Positions 1-9,216 of a stretch of 64,000 nt of DNA are shown here, piece after piece. The notes beneath the pieces are model-generated. The model saw only the letters and a program-made list of their open reading frames with translations, made no database searches and was not told where the DNA came from. Each line of letters opens with the position of its first letter. Positions within the stretch are counted from its first letter, which is position 1. The stretch lies in the sequence record SRR20825006_189; one strand, written 5' to 3'. A program made the translations under genes and the position numbers.

Positions 1-43
1 GGGATTTTAAGTCCCTTGTGTCTACCAATTTCACCACCTGGGC
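1..43 (-). tRNA. tRNA-Leu(TAA), 5' part; 3' end runs off the window
   Basis: Reverse complement reads GCCCAGGTGGTGAAATTGGTAGACACAAGGGACTTAAAATCCC: D-loop TGGTAGAC and anticodon loop CTTAAAA with TAA at 9-7. Confidence 0.93.
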
Positions 44-48
44 AACAA

Positions 49-61
49 GCCGCGCATTATA
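49..61 (-). promoter_or_regulatory. -10 box and GC-rich discriminator of the tRNA-Leu promoter
   Basis: TATAAT (61-56) followed by GCGCGGC just upstream of the tRNA, typical of stable-RNA promoters. The -35 is weak. Confidence 0.6.
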
Positions 62-306
62 ACGCATTAACCGCGATTGGACTATTGTGTTTGGCGGTAA
101 TAGCGTAGTGATTGCTGATCGCAAATTGCGACATCTAACGGTCGATATTAATTCAAAGAGAATTCATTTCTTGGCTGGCGCCGCACATCCATCTCTCGCT
201 TTGTAATTAGCCTCGCTCTAGAATAGGCTGCCCATTTATCGGTCATAACAATCGGTTTCGCCTGATTCGACTGATTTATCTGAATAGCCATCTTTGTGAG
301 TGAGTA

Positions 307-1671
307 GTGTTACCTGATCTCCGAACAATCGTACTTATCTTAGTTGTCACCACGTTTATCGCAGCCATCGCCCTGTTTCTGTTTTATCGACTGATAAAAG
401 GGATAAATGGCCTGCAGTATGCCGCCCTGGGGGGCGGTGCTCAGGCATTAGGGTCATTGGCTTTATTGCTGAGAGATAGCATTGATCCGATGTTGTCGAT
501 CATGGTGAGTAACAGCTGCTTTTTTCTCTCATTCCTTTTTTATTATCAGGCCGTCAGACAGTTATCGGATTTAAAAACGAGCTGGCCTGTGCCTTTGAGC
601 CTCATCGTCATTCTGACGCCGCTTTTTATGTTCTTTCCGGGCAATGAACATCTGGCAGAACGGATCGTTATCTCATCGCTGGGGCTTGGCACATTAGGCA
701 TGATGTGTGGTTTGGTGCTGTGGAAAAATGCCACAGACTTACCGGGCAGGAGAGGTCTGGCATTAATGTTTTTCCTATTCAGTGCGATCAGTTTGTGGCG
801 GATTCCCGATATGTTGATCACGCCCGTAAAAGCAGTGGCGTTTTTGGACTTCAATGCGGGCTATATGATTTTCCTCTGGGCGATAGTCAACAGTATTGTC
901 ACGACCATTGGTTTTATCATATTAGCGTCGGAAAAGTTACAGCAGCAATTGAAAGGAAAGGTCGAGCAAGTCAGTCATGCCCGTGATATTGCCCATCGTT
1001 CGCTTCAGGAACAGCAGCATTTCCTGGCCATGCTGTCACATGAGTTCAAAGCGCCGATTGGGGCGATTAAAGCCAATGCAGATGTAGCTCTGCTGTTATC
1101 GACAACGCAAACACCAGTTGTGGAAGAGAGCTTATCGCGAATCAAAAATGTGTCTGAGCGGCTGACTTCACTGGTAGATCGATGTTTGAACGATGAGTGG
1201 ATGGCTTATTCAATTGAGCACAACCGCTTTCATTTAGAGCCCGTTTCCTTAACCTGGCTCCTGAACAATGTGTGTGACGAGTTTAATGTGACGTTTCAGT
1301 CTTCTGTTACCACAGACGCGATGGTCAAGGGCGAGCCCATTTTCCTGCCGGTGCTGTTTGCCAATTTAATAGCCAATGGCTTCCGGCATGCAAGACATAT
1401 TGACGCGGTGCAGGTGGTCTTGCTGGAAGAGGACGGTGATTACCTCGTTCAGGTCATGGATGATGGTGAAGGCATTGAGGAACAACACCGACATTATATT
1501 TTTGATAAGTACTACCGTGGCGAGAAAAGTCATGCGGCAGGTGGTTCCGGTTTAGGCTTGTTTTTTGTCAAAAAAATTACCGAAATGCATGGCGGGGAAG
1601 TGACATTAAGCTGCGACGGGCTGACTAAGTTTATGGTACGACTTGCCAAGCTGGAGGTGGTGAGTGTCTAA
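307..1671 (+). CDS. Membrane sensor histidine kinase (multi-TM N-terminus, HisKA, HATPase)
   Basis: About 7 hydrophobic segments; H-box SHEFKAP, N-box NLIANG, DDGEG, GSGLGL. Confidence 0.9.
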   Translation: MLPDLRTIVLILVVTTFIAAIALFLFYRLIKGINGLQYAALGGGAQALGSLALLLRDSIDPMLSIMVSNSCFFLSFLFYYQAVRQLSDLKTSWPVPLSLIVILTPLFMFFPGNEHLAERIVISSLGLGTLGMMCGLVLWKNATDLPGRRGLALMFFLFSAISLWRIPDMLITPVKAVAFLDFNAGYMIFLWAIVNSIVTTIGFIILASEKLQQQLKGKVEQVSHARDIAHRSLQEQQHFLAMLSHEFKAPIGAIKANADVALLLSTTQTPVVEESLSRIKNVSERLTSLVDRCLNDEWMAYSIEHNRFHLEPVSLTWLLNNVCDEFNVTFQSSVTTDAMVKGEPIFLPVLFANLIANGFRHARHIDAVQVVLLEEDGDYLVQVMDDGEGIEEQHRHYIFDKYYRGEKSHAAGGSGLGLFFVKKITEMHGGEVTLSCDGLTKFMVRLAKLEVVSV

Positions 1672-2356
1672 GTCCAGAGTGCTGATAGTAGATGACGATG
1701 CCGATTTCCGGGCGCCAATCAAGTCGGTGCTGATGAATGAAGGCCTTGAGGTCGAAGAGGCTGAATCCGCCTTGCAGTTCCGGCAGGTGATGCAGACTTT
1801 TCAACCCGATATGGTACTGCTTGATGTGAATCTGCCTGATGACAGCGGTCTTAACCTTGTCCGGCATTTAAAGCAAAGCGGTCAAGTGGATGTGGTCATG
1901 CTGTCTGCAATGGGTGATGTGGAGCACCGGGTCAGTGGTCTGAACTCAGGTGCGGATTATTACCTGCCAAAACCGGTCGATATACGCGAGTTGCTAGCCG
2001 TAATGCGTAACCGTTTCAGCACGCAAAGTCTGAACCCTGCCAGGCAGGCAGGACGCTGGCTGCTGGATACCGCTGCCTGGGTGTTGACCACACCCGATGG
2101 TAAAGCGCACCCCATAAACAGTAGTGAGTTCGCGCTGTTAAATGAGCTTGCCAAACAGGCTGAGCAGAGCAAACCGGCAACACGGGAAGCCTTATACACG
2201 GCGATAGGTAAACCTAATTATTCCCCGGAAAGTCGCAGTCTCGACTTACATATGTCACGACTGCGTCAGCGCTTTAGTTCAGACCAGTTCGAGTTCCCGC
2301 TTAAAACGGTGCGTAATGTTGGCTATGAATTGACCGAAGCCATGCTGATTTTGTAG
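1664..2356 (+). CDS. OmpR/PhoB-family response regulator
   Basis: VLIVDDD, LLDVNLP (phospho-Asp), GADYYLPKP, winged-helix SRSLDLHMSRLR...TVRNVGY; overlaps the kinase stop. Confidence 0.92.
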   Translation: MSKSRVLIVDDDADFRAPIKSVLMNEGLEVEEAESALQFRQVMQTFQPDMVLLDVNLPDDSGLNLVRHLKQSGQVDVVMLSAMGDVEHRVSGLNSGADYYLPKPVDIRELLAVMRNRFSTQSLNPARQAGRWLLDTAAWVLTTPDGKAHPINSSEFALLNELAKQAEQSKPATREALYTAIGKPNYSPESRSLDLHMSRLRQRFSSDQFEFPLKTVRNVGYELTEAMLIL

Positions 2357-2373
2357 CCGGAACGCCCGTTTTT

Positions 2374-2393
2374 ACTGATACAAACTGATACAA
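2374..2393 (+). promoter_or_regulatory. Perfect 10-bp tandem repeat (ACTGATACAA)x2, candidate OmpR-family operator
   Basis: Seen directly between the regulator stop and the autotransporter start. The one-helical-turn period matches OmpR-family sites. Confidence 0.55.
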
Positions 2394-2510
2394 AAATAAG
2401 CTTAGAAAATACCCGCCTATTGAGTATGGTTTAACCATTCAAACATCCCATTGTAGTGACAGATCACTACGGATGTTTATCGCCAAACCAGACGTAGATA
2501 GGAAACTGAA

Positions 2511-4850
2511 ATGAACCGGGTATATCGAATTGTGTGGAACGCCAGCCGTCAGGTCTGGATGGTGGCTGCTGAGCTGACACGAGGTAAAAGCAAAAGTCAG
2601 GTCAGTCCTAAAAAAACGTTGCTGAAGATGATTGGTAACAGCTTGTTAGTTTCAACCAGCTTAGCTTTCACCGGTAATGCGTTGGCATTCAGCATCTCCA
2701 CATTTGAACCAACTACTGGTACAAGTGGAGATTGGAATACAGCGTCAAACTGGCTAGAGGGAAGCGTGCCTGATACCACTACAGACAATAACTCGATTTA
2801 TATTTTTGGGGATAGAGAAGCAAAGATCACTGATATTATTAATTTCACGGGCAATGGCAATATAGTTTATGTTACAGGGCAAATACCTCAGGAGCCTGCT
2901 TCATTAGTTATTCAAGATGGCGGGCAATTAAGTATCGATAAACTTACAATCGGACTACAAAACGATTACCAAGGAAAGGTTTTGGTCACCGGTGAAAATG
3001 CAAGACTGAATATTACAGATTCTGCGAATTTTGGTATTGATGGAAATGCTATCTTTACTCTAAATAATGGCGCTACCGTAACTGCGAGTACTATTAATTT
3101 AGCTACAAATGTTGGCGGAACTGGCACAATCAATATTGGTGCAGCGAGAGGTGAAGCGGCGGTTGCTGGTGGAACATTTGAAGCGAATCGGTTGAGGTTC
3201 GGCGATGGTGATGGCACGCTGGTATTTAATCATACCAATACTGACCTTCGGTTTAGTCCAGAGCTTGATGGCAAGGGAAACGTCGAATTCCATAGCGGCA
3301 CGACCACACTCACGCACTATAATAACTTTCTTTTTACAGGTGATATGGATGTAAAAGGGGGCACCTTAGCTATAGAGGCAGGTAAAATCCTATACGTGGG
3401 CACGGGTAATTATCAGCAAGCCGCCGATGCTAAGTTGCGACTGGGTGTATATAGCAACACTACTTTTGCCAGGTTAAATGTAGGCGGTACAGCCACATTT
3501 GCCAAGGATACCGGACTGGATGTCAATGTCATTGGTGCGCCATTACTGACTAACGGCCGTACCTTATCCAAAGTGATCAGTGCGGGCACGCTGAACGCTT
3601 CTACTTTTACCATGACGGATAACTCTCTTTTATATGATTTTGACTATGAGATTTCTGGTAATGATGTAAATCTGAAAGTAAAGGTTGCAGATTCGGGCGG
3701 TGACTCAGGCGGCGAGTCGGGCGACGGCGTGCTCAGAAGTGTTAACAGCCAGGGCTTTACACCGGGCCGAGGGGCTGCCCGGGTGCTGGATACCTTTGTT
3801 AACAGCGGCATCACCGGTAATGATATCGAAAATGTCACGACGGCCCTCGGTAAACTGTCTACCCAGAAACAAGTGAGTGATGCCGTAGCTGAAACCTTGC
3901 CATTACTGGTGGAAGGCACAACCAGATTGGCCTCTAACACCCTGCGAGGCACTAACCGGGTGATTCAAAGCCGTCAAGCCAGTACCCGGGGCTTATCCTC
4001 GGGTGATGAATTCCTGGTGGATAAAGCGGTGTGGATAAAACCCGTCGGTAGCTGGACCCGTCAACAGTCACATAATGGTGTCAGTGGCTATGATGCTGAT
4101 AGCTATGGTTTTGTTGGGGGTATAGATGGTGAAGTGACACCATTCAGTCGTTTAGGCTTAGCGATGTCCTATATGAATACCGATGTGGACGGTAACGACA
4201 CCGCCTCAGGCAATAGTGCCGATATTGATGCTTATCAGCTGATCGCCTACGTTAGCCATGATCTGGCGCAATTTGAAGGTGTCGAACTGAGCTGGCAAGC
4301 GGATGTGGGCATGAACAAAAACGATGGCAAACGCCATATCAGTTTTATGAACCGCACAGCGACCGCCGACTATGACAGTTACACCGCCCATATCGGGGCT
4401 GGGATTGCTAAAAAGTTTCAACTTAGTGAGCACAGCCTGGTCATGCCAAGCCTGCGTGCTGACTATGCTTACATTCGGGATGAAAGCTATACCGAAAAAG
4501 GCGCTGGTGCCCTGAATCTGGATGTAGATAGCGTCAATGCCGAGGAATTCATTCTGATGGCGCAACTGGAAGCGAACCACCAAATGAACGATACCACCAC
4601 CTTATCGACAACGCTCGGTGTTGGTTACGATGTGATCAACGACGACACGAGTTTGACCGCTTCCTATGCGGGTGGTGGCGCAGCCTTCACCACTGAGGGA
4701 CTGGACCCATCGCCATGGTTAGCGCACGCAGGTTTTGGAGCCACGGTGTCACTCAATGACATGACAGAGCTGACAGCCAGCTATGATTTGGAGGGGCGTG
4801 AAGACTTTTTGAATCAGACGGCATCAGTGAAAATGCGCTGGCGCTTCTGA
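2511..4850 (+). CDS. Type Va autotransporter with extended signal peptide (ESPR)
   Basis: N-terminus MNRVYRIVWNASRQVWMVAAELTRG, Gly/Thr/Asn-rich beta-helical passenger, C-terminal barrel ending KMRWRF. Confidence 0.92.
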   Translation: MNRVYRIVWNASRQVWMVAAELTRGKSKSQVSPKKTLLKMIGNSLLVSTSLAFTGNALAFSISTFEPTTGTSGDWNTASNWLEGSVPDTTTDNNSIYIFGDREAKITDIINFTGNGNIVYVTGQIPQEPASLVIQDGGQLSIDKLTIGLQNDYQGKVLVTGENARLNITDSANFGIDGNAIFTLNNGATVTASTINLATNVGGTGTINIGAARGEAAVAGGTFEANRLRFGDGDGTLVFNHTNTDLRFSPELDGKGNVEFHSGTTTLTHYNNFLFTGDMDVKGGTLAIEAGKILYVGTGNYQQAADAKLRLGVYSNTTFARLNVGGTATFAKDTGLDVNVIGAPLLTNGRTLSKVISAGTLNASTFTMTDNSLLYDFDYEISGNDVNLKVKVADSGGDSGGESGDGVLRSVNSQGFTPGRGAARVLDTFVNSGITGNDIENVTTALGKLSTQKQVSDAVAETLPLLVEGTTRLASNTLRGTNRVIQSRQASTRGLSSGDEFLVDKAVWIKPVGSWTRQQSHNGVSGYDADSYGFVGGIDGEVTPFSRLGLAMSYMNTDVDGNDTASGNSADIDAYQLIAYVSHDLAQFEGVELSWQADVGMNKNDGKRHISFMNRTATADYDSYTAHIGAGIAKKFQLSEHSLVMPSLRADYAYIRDESYTEKGAGALNLDVDSVNAEEFILMAQLEANHQMNDTTTLSTTLGVGYDVINDDTSLTASYAGGGAAFTTEGLDPSPWLAHAGFGATVSLNDMTELTASYDLEGREDFLNQTASVKMRWRF

Positions 4851-4874
4851 CACGACGCGGTGATTGGCGTTAAC

Positions 4875-4908
4875 AAAAGCCTCAGTGAATCATCACTGGG
4901 GCTTTTTT
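4875..4908 (+). terminator. Intrinsic terminator after the autotransporter
   Basis: AAAAGCCTCAGTGA-ATCA-TCACTGGGGCTTTTTT. Confidence 0.8.
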
Positions 4909-4981
4909 GTATTTTATGTTGTGTAATCTACTGAGAGTGTTGTTCAGAATAATGAGGATAGGATCGTTGAAGCAGCTTGTT

Positions 4982-5809
4982 ATGACCATTCCGGTGATGG
5001 TGGTTTTTATCCTGTTAAGCACTGGCTGCACCTATCTGCCTTCTGCTCAGCAACGGCTTGATTTGGCCTCCAAGCTGGCTGAAGATGCGGGCTGGAAAGC
5101 TGAAAAAATTAACACCGCCCATTTCGAGCTTCAGACTTTTATGCCCGAACAGCGTTCGAAACAGGTACTTTTATCGGTGTTTATTGAAGGTGATGGCTTA
5201 GCCTGGATTTCAAGAACACAGCCTTCCAGTAACCCGACGCCACTCAACCCTGTTTCACTGAAACTGGCCTTAGCCTATGAACAGGATCATGCCTTGGCGT
5301 ACCTTGCCCGGCCCTGCCAGTTCGCACTGCAGGATGACGACCGTTGCACCCAAAAATACTGGACCTCCCATCGCTTCTCTGAAGCGGTCATTGCGTCCAC
5401 GGATGAGGCGATCACGGCGCTTAAGGCAAAGGCGGGAGCAGCTGAAATTCAGTTGGTCGGCTATTCAGGCGGCGGCGCTGTGGCAACGTTAGTGGCCAGT
5501 CGGCGTGACGATGTGATTCGATTGGTCACGATTGCAGGCAATCTCGATACAGCAGCCTGGGCAGACTGGCATCGCATTTCACCCTTGTCAGGCTCTCTCA
5601 ATCCTGCAGATGCCGTATCAGGACTTCAAGGCATTCAGCAGATTCATTTCGTGGGGGAACAGGACCGGGTTGTGCCGATGCAGATTGCCGCCGGTTTTCG
5701 TTTGTTATTTCCACAAACCGCGGATATTCAGATCATTACAGTCCCCGACGCAGATCACAGTTGCTGCTGGCAACAGCTTGGAGGCCGAATCGGGTTGATA
5801 GAGCAATAA
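4982..5809 (+). CDS. Alpha/beta-hydrolase lipoprotein (putative esterase/lipase)
   Basis: Lipobox LSTGC, nucleophile elbow GYSGG, later Asp (QDRVV) and His (ADHSCCW). Start uncertain; the ORF is open from 4907. Confidence 0.8.
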   Translation: MTIPVMVVFILLSTGCTYLPSAQQRLDLASKLAEDAGWKAEKINTAHFELQTFMPEQRSKQVLLSVFIEGDGLAWISRTQPSSNPTPLNPVSLKLALAYEQDHALAYLARPCQFALQDDDRCTQKYWTSHRFSEAVIASTDEAITALKAKAGAAEIQLVGYSGGGAVATLVASRRDDVIRLVTIAGNLDTAAWADWHRISPLSGSLNPADAVSGLQGIQQIHFVGEQDRVVPMQIAAGFRLLFPQTADIQIITVPDADHSCCWQQLGGRIGLIEQ

Positions 5810-5820
5810 ATTTGATTGGA

Positions 5821-7620
5821 CTATTGGTGTTTGGCCGTGACGGCATAAGGTAACTGGTAGTGTGACTCGATAGTTTCACGGGTCAGGATGCCGTAGGTTC
5901 TCTCGATCAGTGGTGCGGTCATTCGGGTTACATACAATGCTTCCACGTCATTCTGGTTTAATACCTCAACGGCTTCACGCAGGCTGGTATGCAGCGAGAT
6001 TTTATGCACATTTCGACGGTTGGCCGGGATCTGCATCAGGTCGATTTCTTCGCCTTCCTCGGTACTGACGGCGCGGGCCAGGTCACCGGCCGGCATCAGG
6101 GCCACCGCTTCTTTTTCATTTTTGATTAAGACCCAGTCAGGGTTCGACTCCAGGGCATGCACGGCAGCCTGCGTGCTGACCTGTTGCGACATGATGATGA
6201 AGTTGCGCTGCATGGCGTTGGCGACACTGATTCGACGCAAGGTCTGGGTGATCGGATCATGCCGGTAATCCAGCCCGCGGGTACGCAGCAGTTTCATAAA
6301 CAGGGGGTCCTGCTTGAAGTATTCATGGTTGATCAGGCTGGCAAAAACGATAGCGAGCATGCCGGGCAGAATAATATTGGGATTGCCGGTGAGTTCCAGC
6401 ATCGCCAGTAAGGCGGCCAGTGGTGCCTTCAGTGTGGCCCCCATCATCGCGCACATGCCGATAACTGCATAGAAAGTCATGGTGGAGGACTGGTCCGGAA
6501 ATACCGCGCTACCGAGAATACCCAATGCAGCCCCGGCGCAGGCACCGACAACCAAAGTCGGACCAATCAATCCGGCAGGAATGCCAAAACCGACGCAGGC
6601 TGTGGACAGCACTAATTTCAGCATCATCAGCACAATCAATGCGGATAAAGCCGCTTCATTGGTCGAGATACCACTGATAATGCTGTAGCTCATGCCCATG
6701 ACTTCGGGCACCAGCAAGCCGGTGAGTCCGACCAGAATGCCGGCATAGGTGGTGCGCAGCCAGAACGGATGCTTTAGGAACAGGCTGGAGAAAAAGCTGA
6801 GACTGCGCAGGAACAGGGTAGCAAGGCCGCCGATAACAATGCCCATCAGCACGATGTAAGGAATTTCCCATAAGGACTGCATATCGGCTGACAAATTGGC
6901 AAAAATCGCACTTTCACCGAAGGTGAGGCGACTCAATACTGCACCGGTCACGGAAGACAGGATGATCGGAATAAAGCTGGCGATGTGATATTCCATCATG
7001 ATGACTTCCATCGCAAAGATCACGCCGGCAACAGGGGTATTAAACGAGGCCGCGATGGCGGCAGCGGCGCCACAGGCGACCAGGATGCGAACACTGTTAT
7101 TGGGCAATTCCAGCAGGGTGGCAAGCTGACTGCCACTAGCCGCGCCCAGGTGAACACTGGGGCCTTCCCGGCCGACTGAATGGCCGGTAATCAGGGCAAT
7201 GCCGGCACCGAAGAACTGGCGTAAGGCATTCTGCCAGGGCAGTCGCCCCTGATGTGAGGAAAGCCGTTCAATGACATGGACGACGCCGGTATTGCGTTCC
7301 TCAGGCTTGAGTCCATAGAGCAGCAGGCCAATTAACAGGCCACCGGCTATCGGTAGTCCCAGCACCCATTGCCAGGGCAGGTTGGCAAAGTCTTCGATTT
7401 TGGCGGTGGGGAATATCAGAATCTGGCCGGAGTCGATAAACAGCCGCAAGGCGATGATAACCAGGCTTGCCAGCAGACCGGTGAGGATAGCAAGACCATA
7501 GAGTTTGACTGCCGAATCACCGAATATGAAATATTGTCTGATTTTCTCCAGCATCTCGCCTAGTTTAACCCGGTTAGAATCAGTATCAGAGTTGAGGAGC
7601 CCCTCACTCATACCTACCAC
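5821..7620 (-). CDS. CLC-family chloride channel/transporter with C-terminal CBS-like region
   Basis: GREGP, AASFNTP, many TM helices. The true start may be 7611 or 7554. Confidence 0.88.
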   Translation of the reverse strand: MVGMSEGLLNSDTDSNRVKLGEMLEKIRQYFIFGDSAVKLYGLAILTGLLASLVIIALRLFIDSGQILIFPTAKIEDFANLPWQWVLGLPIAGGLLIGLLLYGLKPEERNTGVVHVIERLSSHQGRLPWQNALRQFFGAGIALITGHSVGREGPSVHLGAASGSQLATLLELPNNSVRILVACGAAAAIAASFNTPVAGVIFAMEVIMMEYHIASFIPIILSSVTGAVLSRLTFGESAIFANLSADMQSLWEIPYIVLMGIVIGGLATLFLRSLSFFSSLFLKHPFWLRTTYAGILVGLTGLLVPEVMGMSYSIISGISTNEAALSALIVLMMLKLVLSTACVGFGIPAGLIGPTLVVGACAGAALGILGSAVFPDQSSTMTFYAVIGMCAMMGATLKAPLAALLAMLELTGNPNIILPGMLAIVFASLINHEYFKQDPLFMKLLRTRGLDYRHDPITQTLRRISVANAMQRNFIIMSQQVSTQAAVHALESNPDWVLIKNEKEAVALMPAGDLARAVSTEEGEEIDLMQIPANRRNVHKISLHTSLREAVEVLNQNDVEALYVTRMTAPLIERTYGILTRETIESHYQLPYAVTAKHQ

Positions 7621-7749
7621 CCTGTCGGGCGGCTACCGCTGACCAAATCTGCATCACGGCGAATTTATCCTCCATGGGAGAAGGAACCGTGATTGCTGTC
7701 GTTTAGTGTAGCTGAAGCGGCGCTGACTGGCTAAGTGTGCTTGCCGGAT

Positions 7750-9135
7750 CTAGATGACTTTGGAAAAACGCTGCTGTGCGGCCTGGCTGTATTTGTCGAA
7801 AGCCATACAGATATGGCGGATCAGCAGACGTCCGGCGGGCAACACCTCAATGTGTTCCCAGTTATACTGCAACAGCCCGTCACGGGCAAATTGTTCCAGT
7901 TGCGGGTAGACCGGATGGAAATACTCGGCAAAATCGATAGGGTAGCGGCGTTCAATGTCGGCGATATCGAGTGAGAAGTGACAGATCAGCTGAGAGATGA
8001 TGTCACGCCGCAGTTTGTCATCTTGATCCAGCTCGACACCGCGGAACACGGCAAGATCACCGGCGTTGATGGCGCTGTCATATTCAAGCAGGGTTCTGAC
8101 ATTCTGGCTGTAGGAATCACCGACCATGCTGATTGAGGTGACGCCGAAACCAATCAGATCGCATTCAGCATGGGTGGAATAACCCTGAAAGTTACGGTAA
8201 AGCTGCTGTTTCTGCTGCGCGAGGGTCAACTCATCGTCCGGCTTGGCGAAATGATCCATACCGATATAGACATAGCCGGCATCAGTCAGCTTTTCGATGG
8301 TGCTTTGCAGAATGTCCAGCTTTTGACCGGCCCGGGGTAAATCTTCGTTTTTGATCTGGCGCTGGGTTTTGAAGCGTTCGGGCATATGCGCGTAGTTGAA
8401 TACAGACAGGCGGTCCGGTGAAGCAGCAATAACTTTGTCCAGGGTTTCATTAAAGCTGTCGACAGTCTGATGCGGCAGACCGTAAATCAGATCCAGGCTG
8501 ATACTGCGAAAACCCTCGCGGCGGGCGGCTTCCAGTACGCCAAAAGTCTCGGCCTCACTCTGAATCCGGTTAACCGCTTTCTGCACCTGGGGATTAAAGT
8601 CCTGCAGTCCCAGGCTGAGCCGGTTAAAGCCAATCTCACGCAGCAGAGCAATGGTGTCGGCATCCGCCTCCCGCGGGTCGACTTCAATGGAGAACTCACC
8701 GCTGTCGTCATCAGCCAGTTTGAATAATTGACGGGTGACGCGCATCAGCTCCCGCATCTGCTGGTGGCTGATAAACGTCGGGGTACCGCCGCCCCAGTGC
8801 AGCTGTTCGACAAGCCGGTTGTTATCAAATAGCTCGGCCTGCATCGCCATTTCTTTGTACAGGTTCTGCAGGTAGGGCTTGGCATGGGCGCGGTTTTTGG
8901 TGATGACTTTATTGCAGGCACAGTAAAAGCACACGGTGTCGCAGAACGGCAGGTGGAAATAGAGTGACAGCGGGCCACCGCGCTGGTTAGAGAGCTCGAT
9001 CTGCTTTTGGTAGCTGGCAGCGTTAAAACCTTCATGAAACTCGACGGCGGTCGGGTAGGAGGTATAACGCGGGCCGGCATTGTCGTAACGCTGGATCAGA
9101 TCAAGGTCGAACTGGAGGGTGTCATTCATAATCAA
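7750..9135 (-). CDS. hemN: Oxygen-independent coproporphyrinogen III oxidase
   Basis: GPRYTSYPTA, radical-SAM CDTVCFYC, HWGGGTP, RNFQGY, C-terminal RFSKVI. Confidence 0.97.
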   Translation of the reverse strand: MIMNDTLQFDLDLIQRYDNAGPRYTSYPTAVEFHEGFNAASYQKQIELSNQRGGPLSLYFHLPFCDTVCFYCACNKVITKNRAHAKPYLQNLYKEMAMQAELFDNNRLVEQLHWGGGTPTFISHQQMRELMRVTRQLFKLADDDSGEFSIEVDPREADADTIALLREIGFNRLSLGLQDFNPQVQKAVNRIQSEAETFGVLEAARREGFRSISLDLIYGLPHQTVDSFNETLDKVIAASPDRLSVFNYAHMPERFKTQRQIKNEDLPRAGQKLDILQSTIEKLTDAGYVYIGMDHFAKPDDELTLAQQKQQLYRNFQGYSTHAECDLIGFGVTSISMVGDSYSQNVRTLLEYDSAINAGDLAVFRGVELDQDDKLRRDIISQLICHFSLDIADIERRYPIDFAEYFHPVYPQLEQFARDGLLQYNWEHIEVLPAGRLLIRHICMAFDKYSQAAQQRFSKVI

Positions 9136-9202
9136 ACCTGCTCAATTTTTGAGCAGAGTATAACGTCGCAAAGCCAGGAGTTTTGGTCTGATTGGCCCTG
9201 TC

Positions 9203-9216
9203 TTGACCTGGATCAA
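9203..9216 (-). promoter_or_regulatory. FNR/ANR-type box upstream of hemN
   Basis: TTGAT-CCAG-GTCAA (9/10 match to TTGAT-N4-ATCAA). A TATACT -10 candidate lies at 9162-9157. Confidence 0.75.

Noticed and set aside
1-5809. tRNA-Leu-anchored genomic island
   Set aside because: The module lies 5' of the tRNA, not at its 3' end, and no integrase or att duplication is visible.
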